Notes: a model not told the origin generated them from the letters alone. A stretch of DNA of 64,000 nt from an uncultured bacterium (GCA_964607485.1 CAZSKP010000007.1:85539-149538), one strand, 5' to 3'; positions 1-10,268 are shown, numbered from the stretch's first letter. Numbers and translations: made by a program.

Positions 1-65
1 CCTCGCGCGACGGGGGTCCTCGAAAAGTCATAAAGAAAGAGATGAGAGATGAAGAGCGGAAGTAA
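1..65 (+). CDS. metV: 3' end of MetV (methylene-THF reductase accessory subunit), partial at window edge
   Basis: Frame 3 reads SRDGGPRKVIKKEMRDEERK*, resembling the typical MetV C-terminus (SRDGGPRK); overlaps the metF start. Confidence 0.6.
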   Translation, partial: SRDGGPRKVIKKEMRDEERK

Positions 66-984
66 TCTCGAGAAAGTGCTTCAAGCCGGCCACCCCGCCG
101 TGACGGCGGAACTGGGGCCGCCCATGGGCTGCAACGCCGAAGTGGTCAAGAAGAAGATCGAGCTGCTCAGGGGCACGGCCGACGCGTTCAACGTCACCGA
201 CTGCCAAACGGCGGTCGTGCGGATGAGCAGCATCGCCGCATCCATCTTCATCGTCCAGGCGGGCATGGAGCCGGTCATGCAGATGACCTGCCGCGACCGC
301 AACCGCATCGGCATACAGAGCGACATCCTCGGCGCAGCCGCCCACGGCATCAAGAACTGCCTCTGCATCGCGGGCGACCATCAGTCGTTCGGCGCCGCCG
401 GCAAGCTCAAGGGGCATCCGGGTTCGAAGAACGTGTACGACGTCGATTCGATTCAACTGGTAGGCATACTGAAAGGCCTGCGCGACGAGGCGCGTCAGCA
501 GGGGGGCGACCCGCTCGGCGAAAGCGTGCCACTGTTCATCGGCGCGGCATGGACGCCGCTGGGCGACCCCGTCGAAATCCGGACCATCCGGTTGGCGAAG
601 AAAATCAACGCGGGCGCCGATTTCATCCAGACGCAGGCCGTGTTCGACATAGAAAAATTCTCAGAGGCCATGCGAAAGGCCCGCGACCGCGGGCTGCACG
701 AGCGCACCGCCATCCTGGCCGGCATCATCGTGCCCAAGAGCGCGGGCATGCTCTCGTACATGAACAAGTCGGTCCCCGGAGTGATAGTGCCGCAGGAGCT
801 CATAGACCGCATGAAGGCGGCGTCGGACCAACGCGCCGAGGGCATCGCCATCGCGGTCGAGCTCGTCCAACAGGTTTTGCAGATAGAAGGCGTCCGGGGC
901 GTTCACGTCCAGGCGATCGAGTGGGAATCGGCGGTCAGAGAGGTCGTGGGCGGAGCGGGGTTGCTGCCACGCCCGACCGTTTAG
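49..984 (+). CDS. metF: methylenetetrahydrofolate reductase
   Basis: AELGPP, NVTD, QMTCRDRNRIGIQSD, AGDH, KKINAGADFIQTQ and GVHVQA motifs. Confidence 0.92.
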   Translation: MKSGSNLEKVLQAGHPAVTAELGPPMGCNAEVVKKKIELLRGTADAFNVTDCQTAVVRMSSIAASIFIVQAGMEPVMQMTCRDRNRIGIQSDILGAAAHGIKNCLCIAGDHQSFGAAGKLKGHPGSKNVYDVDSIQLVGILKGLRDEARQQGGDPLGESVPLFIGAAWTPLGDPVEIRTIRLAKKINAGADFIQTQAVFDIEKFSEAMRKARDRGLHERTAILAGIIVPKSAGMLSYMNKSVPGVIVPQELIDRMKAASDQRAEGIAIAVELVQQVLQIEGVRGVHVQAIEWESAVREVVGGAGLLPRPTV

Positions 985-997
985 GGGAAGGAAGGAA

Positions 998-2401
998 ATG
1001 CCCAAGAAGTACCACATCAAAGCGCAGTTGATGCCCCCACGCTTTCCGCCGGTGCCGAAATATTCGATGATCGAGAGAGAGGGATGCCTGGGATGCCTCG
1101 AGTGCGCCAAGCGGGAATGTGTGTACGAGGTGTACAAGAATCGGAGGTTCGACCCCGACCGCATGGTCGATTCCATCGACTATCTCTGCAAGAACTGCCT
1201 GCGCTGCATCCAGGGCTGTAAGAACCAGCTTATCACCAAGATGAAGAATCCGGACTTCGAGGCGTTGGGAGACGAGTACTGGAGACCCGACCTCATCGCC
1301 AGCCTGTGGGAACAAGCCACGACCGGCAAGATTCCGGTCTCGGGCGCGGGCTACCGCGGGCCGTTCTCCGGCCCCGGATTCGACTCGATGTGGACCGACA
1401 TGTCCGAGATCGTCCGGCCTACGCGCGACGGCATCCACGGCCGCGAATACATCAGGACGTCGGTGGATATTGGGCGCAAGCATGCCCGGCTGGAGTTCGA
1501 CAAGAGCGGCGGGATGCGTTCCGAGCCTCACCCGTTGGTGGAGCTTCCCGTGCCGTTCATCTTCGACAACCTCCCGTTCGGCGTGGTCAACGAGAACGTG
1601 CGGGCGGGCTTCGTGCGCGCGGCCGAGATGGTGGGCTCGATGGCGGTCGTGCCGGAGAGCGAGATCGACTGGAAGCTGATGGCGCATATCGACAGCCTCA
1701 TTCCAATAATTTCCTCGACCGACCTCGAAGCCGAGGGCGTGAGAGAATTAATCAGTCGCTCCAGCATGGTTGAGTTGGAGGATTCGCCCGATGTGATCGA
1801 GCGGATGAAGGCCGTCAAGGCGCTCCATCCGGCGACGGTGGCCTGCGTGCGCATTCCGATGAACAAGAACGCGAGCGCGCGCATCGAACAGCTCACCCGC
1901 GCGGGAGCCGAGGTCGTGCACATGGTGGCCGACTGGCAGGGAAATGAGCCCGACGACCCGAGCCCGAGGTTCGTCAAAGAGGTTCTGCGCGAGGCGCACC
2001 TGAACTTGATAGAGAACGCTCTGCGCGACGAGGTGACCATCATCGCCACCGGCGGCATCGCGATGGCGGAGCACGTTGCCAAGGCCATCGTCTGCGGCGC
2101 CGACCTTGTCGGCATCGACATGGTGGTCGAGGTGGCGCTCGAATGCCGCGTATGCAAGCGGTGCGTGCGCGGGCTGAGCTGTCCTGTGGCTATCGAGACG
2201 GTTGATCCCGAGTGGGCAGCCCTGCGGATTCGCAACCTGGTCTGCTCGTGGCATTCGCAGTTAATAGAGGTGTTGGGCGCGATGGGACTCCGCGAGGTGA
2301 GGCGGCTCCGGGGCGAGGTGGGCCGCGCGATGTTTTTCGAGGACATGGAGAAGGAGGCATTCGGCGATGTCAAAGTCGCCACGGACGCTCACCGTTCGTG
2401 A
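998..2401 (+). CDS. glutamate synthase-related FMN-binding-domain protein with N-terminal 4Fe-4S ferredoxin region
   Basis: CLGCLEC and CKNCLRCIQGC clusters, GFDSMWTD, IIATGGI, KAIVCGADLV, CRVCKRC...CPV, EVLGAMG; lacks the canonical KxAQGAKPG motif. Confidence 0.8.
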   Translation: MPKKYHIKAQLMPPRFPPVPKYSMIEREGCLGCLECAKRECVYEVYKNRRFDPDRMVDSIDYLCKNCLRCIQGCKNQLITKMKNPDFEALGDEYWRPDLIASLWEQATTGKIPVSGAGYRGPFSGPGFDSMWTDMSEIVRPTRDGIHGREYIRTSVDIGRKHARLEFDKSGGMRSEPHPLVELPVPFIFDNLPFGVVNENVRAGFVRAAEMVGSMAVVPESEIDWKLMAHIDSLIPIISSTDLEAEGVRELISRSSMVELEDSPDVIERMKAVKALHPATVACVRIPMNKNASARIEQLTRAGAEVVHMVADWQGNEPDDPSPRFVKEVLREAHLNLIENALRDEVTIIATGGIAMAEHVAKAIVCGADLVGIDMVVEVALECRVCKRCVRGLSCPVAIETVDPEWAALRIRNLVCSWHSQLIEVLGAMGLREVRRLRGEVGRAMFFEDMEKEAFGDVKVATDAHRS

Positions 2402-3875
2402 TGAATATTCGCACCTGACCGGACGCGAGGCGGTTCACACGCCGTCGCGCTTCCGCAACCGGGTGTCCAAATACAGGGTGTTCCGCAGCCAGGCATGCGA
2501 CGCGGGCGGTAAGTGCGCAAAGCTGTGCCCGTACGGCGTTCACGTTCGAAGCGGCGACCGGATGCTGCGGCCGAGGGAATGGCTGTGCATCGGCACCGCC
2601 TGCGAGAAGAACGATTTCTACTGCATCAGCCAATGCCCCAAGGGCGCTCTCTCGCTCGGCCTCAACCCGCTGTTCGAGACGCTCGGCGACGCGCGCTGGC
2701 CCGCCGACATGCTTCTGGCCACGTGGGTGATGGCGGAGACGGGCGACGTTCCGGCAAACGGGCTCGAGTATCAATTCGGCCGTTCGGGCGGCGGCTTCGA
2801 CAAGCTCGCCTTCGATTTTCCCGCCGGAGCGGGCGCCGGCATGGACGAGGACGGGATAGACCTGAGCATCGACCTCAACCGTCGCGACGACAACGCCTAC
2901 AGAATACGGATCGACCTTCCCGTCTATGGCGGCGGCATGTCGTTCGGCTCGGTGAGCGCAAACACGATGCTCGGCCGCGCCATCGCGGCGCGCAACTGGA
3001 ACACCTTCACCTGCACGGGCGAAGGCGGCTATCCCGACGTGCTCGTGCCCCTCGCCAAACACATCATCACGCAGGTCGCCACCGGCCTGTTCGGCGTGCG
3101 CGAGGAAACCATCCAGCGCGCGCCCATCGTCGAGTTCAAGTATGCGCAGGGTGCGAAGCCCGGACTGGGCGGCCATCTGCTGGGCGACAAGGTGACGCCC
3201 GACGTCGCCCGCATGAGGGAGGCCGTCGCCGGCAGCGCGCTGTTTTCGCCCTTCCCGTTCCATTCGGTCTATTCGGTGGAAGACCATAAGAAGCACGTGG
3301 ACTGGATAAAGGCCATAACGCCAAAATCGCTCATCTCGGTCAAGGTGTCCACACCGACCGACGTCGATATGGTGGCCGTGGGCAGTTATTACGCCGACGC
3401 CCACATCGTGCACATAGACGGCAGCTACGGCGGCACTGGCGCGGCTCCGGACATTGCGAAGAAGAACATCGCCATGCCGATCGAATACGCCATCCCGAAG
3501 GTGCACAAGTTTCTCATCGAGGAAGGTGTTCGCGAGCGCATTGCCCTTATCGCTTCGGGCGGCATCCGCAATCCATGGGACGTGGCCAAGGCCATCGCGC
3601 TGGGCGCCGACGGGGTCGTCATCGGCACGGCCGAGATGGTGGCGCTCGAATGCGTGCGCTGCGCGAACTGCGAGAGCGGACGCGGCTGCGCGCGCGGGAT
3701 CGCAACCACCGACCCGGGGCTGGCGCCGCTGGTTTCGGTCGAGTACGCGGCCCGACGCCTGAGCAACATGTACCTGGCCTGGGCCAAAGAGTTGAGGCGA
3801 ATCCTAAAGGGTTTGGGCATGCGCAGTGTTCGTGAATTGGTGGGACGCACCGATTGCCTGGTGCGGCTCCCGTGA
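2367..3875 (+). CDS. glutamate synthase FMN-binding subunit (GltB2-like) with ferredoxin-like N-terminus
   Basis: GGMSFGS, TCTGEGG, QVATGLFGV, KYAQGAKPGLGGHL, GGTGAAP, IASGGIR, CVRCANCESGRGC. Confidence 0.88.
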   Translation: MSKSPRTLTVRDEYSHLTGREAVHTPSRFRNRVSKYRVFRSQACDAGGKCAKLCPYGVHVRSGDRMLRPREWLCIGTACEKNDFYCISQCPKGALSLGLNPLFETLGDARWPADMLLATWVMAETGDVPANGLEYQFGRSGGGFDKLAFDFPAGAGAGMDEDGIDLSIDLNRRDDNAYRIRIDLPVYGGGMSFGSVSANTMLGRAIAARNWNTFTCTGEGGYPDVLVPLAKHIITQVATGLFGVREETIQRAPIVEFKYAQGAKPGLGGHLLGDKVTPDVARMREAVAGSALFSPFPFHSVYSVEDHKKHVDWIKAITPKSLISVKVSTPTDVDMVAVGSYYADAHIVHIDGSYGGTGAAPDIAKKNIAMPIEYAIPKVHKFLIEEGVRERIALIASGGIRNPWDVAKAIALGADGVVIGTAEMVALECVRCANCESGRGCARGIATTDPGLAPLVSVEYAARRLSNMYLAWAKELRRILKGLGMRSVRELVGRTDCLVRLP

Positions 3876-6502
3876 TGGGATATAAAGGAATGAACAGGAC
3901 AGCCGAAAGAATTATTGAATCGCGGGCCGGGCTGGTCAAGGACCTTCCCCTCGCCACGCTTCGGAAGGAATCCGAAGAGGGCGGCTGCGGGGTCGTCGGG
4001 TTCGCATGCAGCATCCCGGTCAGGGGGCGTCACATATACGAGCCTTCCTGCCAGATGCACAATCGCGGCAACGGCAAAGGGGGCGGCATAGCGGCCGTCG
4101 GCTTTGTTCCCAAACAACTCGGCGTGACCCGCAAGGTGCTCGACACGCATTACATCCTTCAGATCGGTCTGCTCGACCCGTCGGTCCGCAAGTCGGTCGA
4201 GAAGAAATTCGTCAAGCCGTTCTTCGACGTGGCCGAGGCGGGCATGATTCCGACCGTGGACGACTATCGCGACATCGAGGGGCTGGAAGTCCGTCCGCCC
4301 GACGTGCTCCGCTGTTTCGTCCGGGTCAAGCCCGACGCGCTCGACCGGTTCGTCAAGAAGAATCGGCTCGAAGGACTCACTCGCCGCCAGGCCGAGGACG
4401 AGTTTGTCTATCAGAACAGCTTCAGGCTGAACCAGGAATATTACGCCTCGCTGGGGGAGAAGAAGGCGTTTGTGCTGTCGCACGGCCGAAACATGATGAT
4501 CCTGAAGATCGTCGGCTACGCCGAAAAGCTCGCTCAGTACTATCTGCTGGACGACTTCAAGGCGCACTGCTGGATCGCGCACCAGCGTTATCCCACGAAG
4601 GGGCGGGTGTGGCATCCCGGGGGCGCGCACCCGTTCATCGGAATGAACGAGGCGCTGGTGCACAACGGCGACTTCGCCAACTATCACTCGGTCACCGAGT
4701 ACTTGCGCATGCGCAACTCGTATCCGCTGTTCCTGACCGACACGGAGGTGTCGATACTGCTGTTCGATCTTTGGAAGCGCACCTACGAATACCCGCTCGA
4801 GTACGTCATCGAGGCGATGGCTCCGACGACCGAGCTCGATTTCGACCGGCTGCCGGTGGAGAAGCAGCGCATTTATCGCCAGATACAGGCGTCGCACATG
4901 CACGGCTCGCCCGACGGCCCGTGGTTCTTCATCATCGCGCGCAACGACGCCGCCCAGAAACAGTTTCAATTGATAGGCATCACCGACACCTCGATGCTCC
5001 GGCCGCAGGTGTTCGCACTCTCGATGGGTGAGGTTGGGATAGGCCTTTGCTGTTCGGAGAAACAGGCCATCGACGCCACGCTCCATTCGCTGGCCGAGGA
5101 AGACCCGCGCTTTCACCCGATTGCCGACAAGTACTGGAACGCGCGCGGCGGCAGCCACACCGACGGAGGCGCGTTCATCTTCACACTGTCCGGCGACGGC
5201 GAGGACAAGAAGCTGATCTGTACCGACAAGTTCGGTGTCGAGGTGACGCTCTCGCCGAAGAAGAAACACCGCGACCGCGCCGCCGAGATCACAGTTCCGA
5301 GCAACCGGCGCAAGCTGGCCGAGCCCATCCACGGTTTTATACGGAAACGGGATGCCGACGGACTCTTCTCGTGGATAGCCCAGGGGCTGGTGAGATGGAA
5401 CTACAACACGCTCGCGTGGGTGCTCGAAGAAACCGCCCGCGAGGCCTCCGAAAGCGACGATGGCCGCGCCACCGTCATCAGTGCGCTCACGCTGCTGAAC
5501 GACCGCCGGTTTCGCACCGGGACGAAGAAGCGCAGCTCGCTGCTGGAGCTGGTGCGCGATGCGCTGCATAGTGTTTTCCGGGGATGCCTTTCCATCGACG
5601 CCGAGGGCCGTTCGCGCTATCGGACGATAGATTGGCCGAATCGCCGCCGGCTGCGCGCGCCGCTCGACGGCGAACAGACGCTCGTGATAGACGTCGCGGG
5701 CTTCGCGCCGGAGGGACCCGACTGTCATTCGCACCTGCTGGTCGATGCTCACCGATTGGGCTGGAGGAGGTTCATCGCATACGGCTTCAAGGGCGAGCGC
5801 TTTTCAGGATGCGGCTTCGGGCCGCACACCGAAGGCGTTGTGCTCGACCTGTACGACAGCACGGGCGACTATGTCGCCTCGGGGATAGACGGGATGGAGG
5901 TGTACATCCACGGCAACGGCCAGGACCAGTTGGCCCAGATTACGAAGGAGGGCAAGCTGGTCGTTTATGGAGACGTGGGCCAGACCTTCATGTACGGCGC
6001 CAAGGGCGGCTCGGTGTACGTGATGGGCAACGCGGCGGGCCGTCCGCTCATCAACGCGGTCGGCCGTCCCCGCGTGGTGATTAACGGCACCTGCCTCGAT
6101 TATCTGGCTGAATCGTTTATGGCGGGCGACGCGCTCAGGGGCGGCGGCTTCGTGGTGCTCAACGCAGTCGAGTTCGACGAGGACGGCAACGTTCGCGACC
6201 TGGCTCTGCCCTATCCCGGCTCAAACCTGTTTTCGCTTGCTTCGGGCGGGGCCATCTATGTCCGCGACCCGCACAATCTCACCATCGACGAACAGCTCAA
6301 CGGGGGTGAGCTGGTGCCGATGTCGAGAGAGGATTGGGAGTTGATCCTTCCCGTTCTTGAGGAGAACGAGCGACTTTTTGGCATTTCCATCCGAGACCAC
6401 TTGCTGAAGATAGACGGGCAGCTCAGGCGCCCCGAGGACGTGTATCGCAAGGTCCGTCCCGTAAAGCTGGCCGTTCTCACCAACGTCGAGGACCACGACT
6501 GA
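3875..6502 (+). CDS. class II glutamine amidotransferase fused to GXGXG domain (glutamate synthase alpha domains 1+3)
   Basis: EEGGCGVVG (Ntn Cys), HQRYPT, HPF, HNGDFANY, TDTEV; C-terminal GNGQDQ/GDVGQTFMYGAKGG/FMAG repeats; start chosen at the TGATG overlap. Confidence 0.85.
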   Translation: MGYKGMNRTAERIIESRAGLVKDLPLATLRKESEEGGCGVVGFACSIPVRGRHIYEPSCQMHNRGNGKGGGIAAVGFVPKQLGVTRKVLDTHYILQIGLLDPSVRKSVEKKFVKPFFDVAEAGMIPTVDDYRDIEGLEVRPPDVLRCFVRVKPDALDRFVKKNRLEGLTRRQAEDEFVYQNSFRLNQEYYASLGEKKAFVLSHGRNMMILKIVGYAEKLAQYYLLDDFKAHCWIAHQRYPTKGRVWHPGGAHPFIGMNEALVHNGDFANYHSVTEYLRMRNSYPLFLTDTEVSILLFDLWKRTYEYPLEYVIEAMAPTTELDFDRLPVEKQRIYRQIQASHMHGSPDGPWFFIIARNDAAQKQFQLIGITDTSMLRPQVFALSMGEVGIGLCCSEKQAIDATLHSLAEEDPRFHPIADKYWNARGGSHTDGGAFIFTLSGDGEDKKLICTDKFGVEVTLSPKKKHRDRAAEITVPSNRRKLAEPIHGFIRKRDADGLFSWIAQGLVRWNYNTLAWVLEETAREASESDDGRATVISALTLLNDRRFRTGTKKRSSLLELVRDALHSVFRGCLSIDAEGRSRYRTIDWPNRRRLRAPLDGEQTLVIDVAGFAPEGPDCHSHLLVDAHRLGWRRFIAYGFKGERFSGCGFGPHTEGVVLDLYDSTGDYVASGIDGMEVYIHGNGQDQLAQITKEGKLVVYGDVGQTFMYGAKGGSVYVMGNAAGRPLINAVGRPRVVINGTCLDYLAESFMAGDALRGGGFVVLNAVEFDEDGNVRDLALPYPGSNLFSLASGGAIYVRDPHNLTIDEQLNGGELVPMSREDWELILPVLEENERLFGISIRDHLLKIDGQLRRPEDVYRKVRPVKLAVLTNVEDHD

Positions 6503-6555
6503 CGGGCGCGCTTGTAGGAACTGCTGTGAATACGCCTTCCGACACAGCTTCATCC

Positions 6556-7212
6556 ATGAAACGACGCGGGTGTCGTGTCATCGATCTCGGGCTGTGTTCC
6601 TACGCAAAGGCCTACGCGTTTCAGAAGGAGGTCGTGCATTCGAAGTTCGAGGGCTCGGACACCGATACGCTCATATTCGTCGAACATTTTCCCGTTATCA
6701 CTCTCGGACGCAAGGGCCGCCGCGAGAACATCTGCGTTTCTCCGGAAAAGTTGAAATCGGCGGGGATGGACGTGCTGAGCATAGACCGGGGAGGCGACGT
6801 CACCTACCACGGTCCCGGCCAGCTCGTCGGGTACCCCGTCCTGGACCTGAGGGCCCACAGGCAGGACGTCCACTGGATTCTGAGACAGCTCGAAGAGGTA
6901 CTCACGGTTTCGCTCAGGCGCATGGGAATAGATGCGCGGACCGAACCCGGGCTGACGGGCGTGTGGGTTGGCGGCGCGAAGATAGCCGCCATCGGCATCG
7001 GCGTCAGCCACTGGGTGACCTTCCATGGATTCGCCCTGAACGTCGCACCGATGATGAGGCATTTCGAACTGATTATTCCCTGCGGACTTAAGGATAAGCC
7101 CGTCACGTGCGTGCGCGACGTGCTCGGGCAAACGCCGGACATGGATGAGGTTAAGCGCATCGTGGCCGAGAGTTTTTGCGAAACGTTCGGGCTGGAACGG
7201 GTGCACGCTTGA
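6556..7212 (+). CDS. lipB: octanoyltransferase (lipoate-protein ligase B)
   Basis: EHFPVITLGR, DRGGDVTYHGPGQLVGYP, KIAAIG, FHGFALNV, IIPCGL. Confidence 0.93.
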   Translation: MKRRGCRVIDLGLCSYAKAYAFQKEVVHSKFEGSDTDTLIFVEHFPVITLGRKGRRENICVSPEKLKSAGMDVLSIDRGGDVTYHGPGQLVGYPVLDLRAHRQDVHWILRQLEEVLTVSLRRMGIDARTEPGLTGVWVGGAKIAAIGIGVSHWVTFHGFALNVAPMMRHFELIIPCGLKDKPVTCVRDVLGQTPDMDEVKRIVAESFCETFGLERVHA

Positions 7213-7273
7213 TTTTCCGACCGCTTGAAGCTATGATATAGTATAGAGTTACTTTGCGTGACTTGGTGAGCTT

Positions 7274-8389
7274 ATGAACACGGAAATGAGCGACATACTT
7301 GATAATATGGTGCTGCTCAAGGCATCGGATTGCTACCTGAAGGTTGATGAGAGGCCTTTCTTTCGAGTAAACGGCCAGATACGCCACAGCAAATTTGCCG
7401 CCGTCACTGACCAGGATATCTCCCGCTTCATGCAGACAGTGATGACTGAGTTTCAGCGCGAGCGATTCCAGAAAGACCCCGACCTCGACTTGGCTTACGA
7501 TACCAAGAGCGGCAACAGGTTCAGAGTCAATGTGTTCAGGCAGCGCGGCCACATCGGCATGGTCATACGGCTCATTCCTTCCGAAAATCTCAGCTTCAAT
7601 TTTCTGCACCTGCCGCCCATTGTCAGAGAATTCGCCGAGCTGCCGCGCGGGCTTGTCATAGTATCTGGCGCGACGGGAAGCGGAAAGACGACCACTCAGG
7701 CCGCGATGGTTGATCACATCAACACCAATTTTCACAAGCACGTTGTGACCGTCGAGGACCCCATAGAGTTCATCCACTACAACAAGAAGAGCATCATAAA
7801 CCAGCGCGAAGTGGGCTACGACACCAATTCCTTCGGCGATGCGCTGAAACACGTGGTCAGGCAGAGCCCCGACGTGATTCTCATCGGGGAAATGCGCGAC
7901 CTGGAGACGATGCTCGTCGCGCTGTCGGCGGCCCAGACGGGGCATCTCGTCATTACCACGCTCCACAATGTCGATACGGCGCAGACGCTCGACAGGATCA
8001 TAAACTACTTTCCGGAATACATGAGGCATCAGATTCGGCTCGAGCTGTCGCTGTGTCTCAAGGGCGTCGTCTGCATGCGTCTCATTGCGCGGAAAGACGG
8101 CAAGGGCCGGATTCCCGCCGTCGAAGTCATGCGCACGACACCCGTCATACGGAAGCTGCTCCTCGAGGGCAACACGAAGACGGTGCCCGATTACATCAAA
8201 GAGGGACGCGAATTCGGAATGCAGACGTTCAACCAGGCCCTGCTCGACCTCTTTCAAGAAGGCTTGATCAGCTATGAGGATGCGCTCCAGAACGCTTCCA
8301 ACCCCGAGGAGTTCAAGCTTAACGCCCAGGGAATGTTCACGGGCACCGATTCCATCAGGGCGAAACAGACAATGGAAGATCCGTATTAG
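7274..8389 (+). CDS. PilT/PilU-family type IV pilus retraction ATPase
   Basis: Walker A GATGSGKTT, TVEDPIE, QREVG, RQSPDVILIGEMRD, TGHLVITTLH, GMQTFNQ. Confidence 0.9.
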   Translation: MNTEMSDILDNMVLLKASDCYLKVDERPFFRVNGQIRHSKFAAVTDQDISRFMQTVMTEFQRERFQKDPDLDLAYDTKSGNRFRVNVFRQRGHIGMVIRLIPSENLSFNFLHLPPIVREFAELPRGLVIVSGATGSGKTTTQAAMVDHINTNFHKHVVTVEDPIEFIHYNKKSIINQREVGYDTNSFGDALKHVVRQSPDVILIGEMRDLETMLVALSAAQTGHLVITTLHNVDTAQTLDRIINYFPEYMRHQIRLELSLCLKGVVCMRLIARKDGKGRIPAVEVMRTTPVIRKLLLEGNTKTVPDYIKEGREFGMQTFNQALLDLFQEGLISYEDALQNASNPEEFKLNAQGMFTGTDSIRAKQTMEDPY

Positions 8390-8399
8390 GAGAACCGAC

Positions 8400-9506
8400 A
8401 TGGATGCTCACCGTTCAGTTGAGCCGACCATTCCCGACGTGGCGAGGAATGGCGGCCGTGTTGATATGAAAAGCCTTTTCGACCTGGTCATGGTGCGGGG
8501 CGCCTCGGACCTCCTGCTGACCGCGGGCGCGCCGCCGCTGCTCAGGATCAACGGCGAGCTGAAGGCCACCGAGTATCCCGAACTCGCGCCCGAAGAGAAC
8601 AAGCGGCTCATATACAGCATCCTGACCGACAAGCAGAAGGAGGAGTTCGAGGAACGGCGCGAGCTCGACATGTCGATCGGGGTGAGCGGCCGTCACCGCT
8701 TCAGGGTGAACGTGTATATGCAGAAGGGCTGTGTGACCGCGGCGATGAGAGCCATCCCGGAGCAGATACCCTCGCTGGAGAGTCTCGGCCTTCCGAAGAT
8801 ATTGGCCAAGCTGGCGTTCAGGCCGCAGGGGTTGATACTTGTCACCGGCCCCACCGGTCACGGCAAGACGACCACCCAGGCCGCGCTTATAGACCTCATC
8901 AACGCCCATAAGCGCTGCCACATCATAACCGTCGAGGACCCGATTGAGTATGTGCACCACCACAAGAAGTCGGTCGTGGACCAGCGCGAGCTGGGCAGCG
9001 ACACGCTCTCCTTTCCCGCCGCGCTCAAATACGTGCTCAGACAGGACCCCGACGTCATTCTCATCGGTGAAATGCGCGACCTGGAGACCATCTCCTCCGC
9101 GCTGACCGCCGCGGAAACAGGGCATCTCGTTATCGCCACCCTCCATACGAACGACGCCATCCAAACCGTTGACCGCATCGTGGACGTGTTTCCCTCGCAC
9201 CAGCAGCAGCAGATCCGCATCCAGCTTGCACTGAGCATGCTGGCGGTCGTCTCGCAGCGTCTGTTGCCCCGCGCGAACGGGAAGGGACGCGTGCTCGCGT
9301 GCGAGATACTCAGGAACAATTCCGCCGTCGGAAACCTCGTTCGCGAGGCAAAGACCCATCAGATATACAGCATCATGGAGACGCATTCCAAGGACGGCAT
9401 GATCACGCTCGACTCTTCCATAAAGCAACTCTACCTGCGTGGCATCGTGTCGTACGATGTGGCCGTCAACCACGTGCGCAATCCTCAGGTCATCGCAAAC
9501 GCCTGA
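8400..9506 (+). CDS. pilT: PilT-family twitching motility ATPase
   Basis: GPTGHGKTT, TVEDPIE, LRQDPDVILIGEMRDLET, AETGHLVIATLHT, AVGNLVRE (AIRNLIRE-like); RBS AGGAG upstream. Confidence 0.88.
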   Translation: MDAHRSVEPTIPDVARNGGRVDMKSLFDLVMVRGASDLLLTAGAPPLLRINGELKATEYPELAPEENKRLIYSILTDKQKEEFEERRELDMSIGVSGRHRFRVNVYMQKGCVTAAMRAIPEQIPSLESLGLPKILAKLAFRPQGLILVTGPTGHGKTTTQAALIDLINAHKRCHIITVEDPIEYVHHHKKSVVDQRELGSDTLSFPAALKYVLRQDPDVILIGEMRDLETISSALTAAETGHLVIATLHTNDAIQTVDRIVDVFPSHQQQQIRIQLALSMLAVVSQRLLPRANGKGRVLACEILRNNSAVGNLVREAKTHQIYSIMETHSKDGMITLDSSIKQLYLRGIVSYDVAVNHVRNPQVIANA

Positions 9507-9520
9507 AGTCGAGAAACGCC

Positions 9521-10189
9521 ATGTTTGCCTCGTTTTTAATCTGGGTATTGTGTGTCTGCGTTCTACTTGTCCTGGACGGGTTTTCCATTTATCTGGCCTT
9601 TTCCGGTTACCTTCCCGGGCGCACAAATGTCGGATGGATATTTCTGGGTGTTTATCTCGCGATGTACCTTGCGTTTGCCATTGGAACGTATAAGGTGTTG
9701 GCGATGTCCGTTACCACCATATTGTATGTTATCGTTCTCGTTTTCCTTCTGGTGCTGCAAGGTCCCCTGGTGGCCGAACTCGTATCGCAGTCGGTCATAC
9801 CCGACGCTTCCAGGGGGTTGAAGCTCATCAAGGTGTACACGGAGGCCGAGAGAAGGGTCGCTCAGGATGATTTGGCCGGCGCAATCGTGGAGTATGAGAA
9901 GGTGATTGCCCAAGACCCCGACGACGTCACCGCGCGATTCCGGCTGGCCGAGCTGTGTTACCAGAACGAGGAATATCGCAAGGCGGCCATGGCCTACGAG
10001 ACTCTTCTGGCCCGGGAGAAAGAGCTCGACATGAACCGCCACTGCTCCGCGTTGACGAGGCTTTCGGAGATATATGCGCAGCATCTGGGCGATATCGAGA
10101 AGGCGCGAAAACATGTGCAGACGATTATAGACAAGTACCCGGGCACGAAGTATGCGGGCTACGCCATGGACCGGCTCGACAGTCTCTGA
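9521..10189 (+). CDS. membrane protein with C-terminal TPR repeats
   Basis: Three hydrophobic N-terminal segments, then TPR-like helices (AIVEYEKVIAQDPDD...ARFRLAELC; IDKYPGT). Confidence 0.75.
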   Translation: MFASFLIWVLCVCVLLVLDGFSIYLAFSGYLPGRTNVGWIFLGVYLAMYLAFAIGTYKVLAMSVTTILYVIVLVFLLVLQGPLVAELVSQSVIPDASRGLKLIKVYTEAERRVAQDDLAGAIVEYEKVIAQDPDDVTARFRLAELCYQNEEYRKAAMAYETLLAREKELDMNRHCSALTRLSEIYAQHLGDIEKARKHVQTIIDKYPGTKYAGYAMDRLDSL

Positions 10190-10213
10190 GCCTCCAGCCG
10201 CTCCCTCCCTGAC

Positions 10214-10255
10214 CTCTCTCTTTCCGCAAAGAGACAAAAAGAAACCAAAAAAAGA
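10214..10255. repeat. short hairpin plus A-rich repeat, copy 1 (similar copy at 13096-13134)
   Basis: ctctctttccgcaaagagacaaaaagaaaccaaaaaaaga vs ctctctttgcggaaagagagaaaaagaagcaaaaagaga. Confidence 0.6.
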
Positions 10256-10268
10256 CCTCCTCGACGTA

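Noticed and set aside
3425-5752. 775-aa minus-strand ORF and similar long antisense ORFs (e.g. 7151-8401, 18141-19667, 19859-21319, 55150-56367, 61320-62570)
   Set aside because: They fully overlap well-supported genes on the other strand and show no recognisable motifs.
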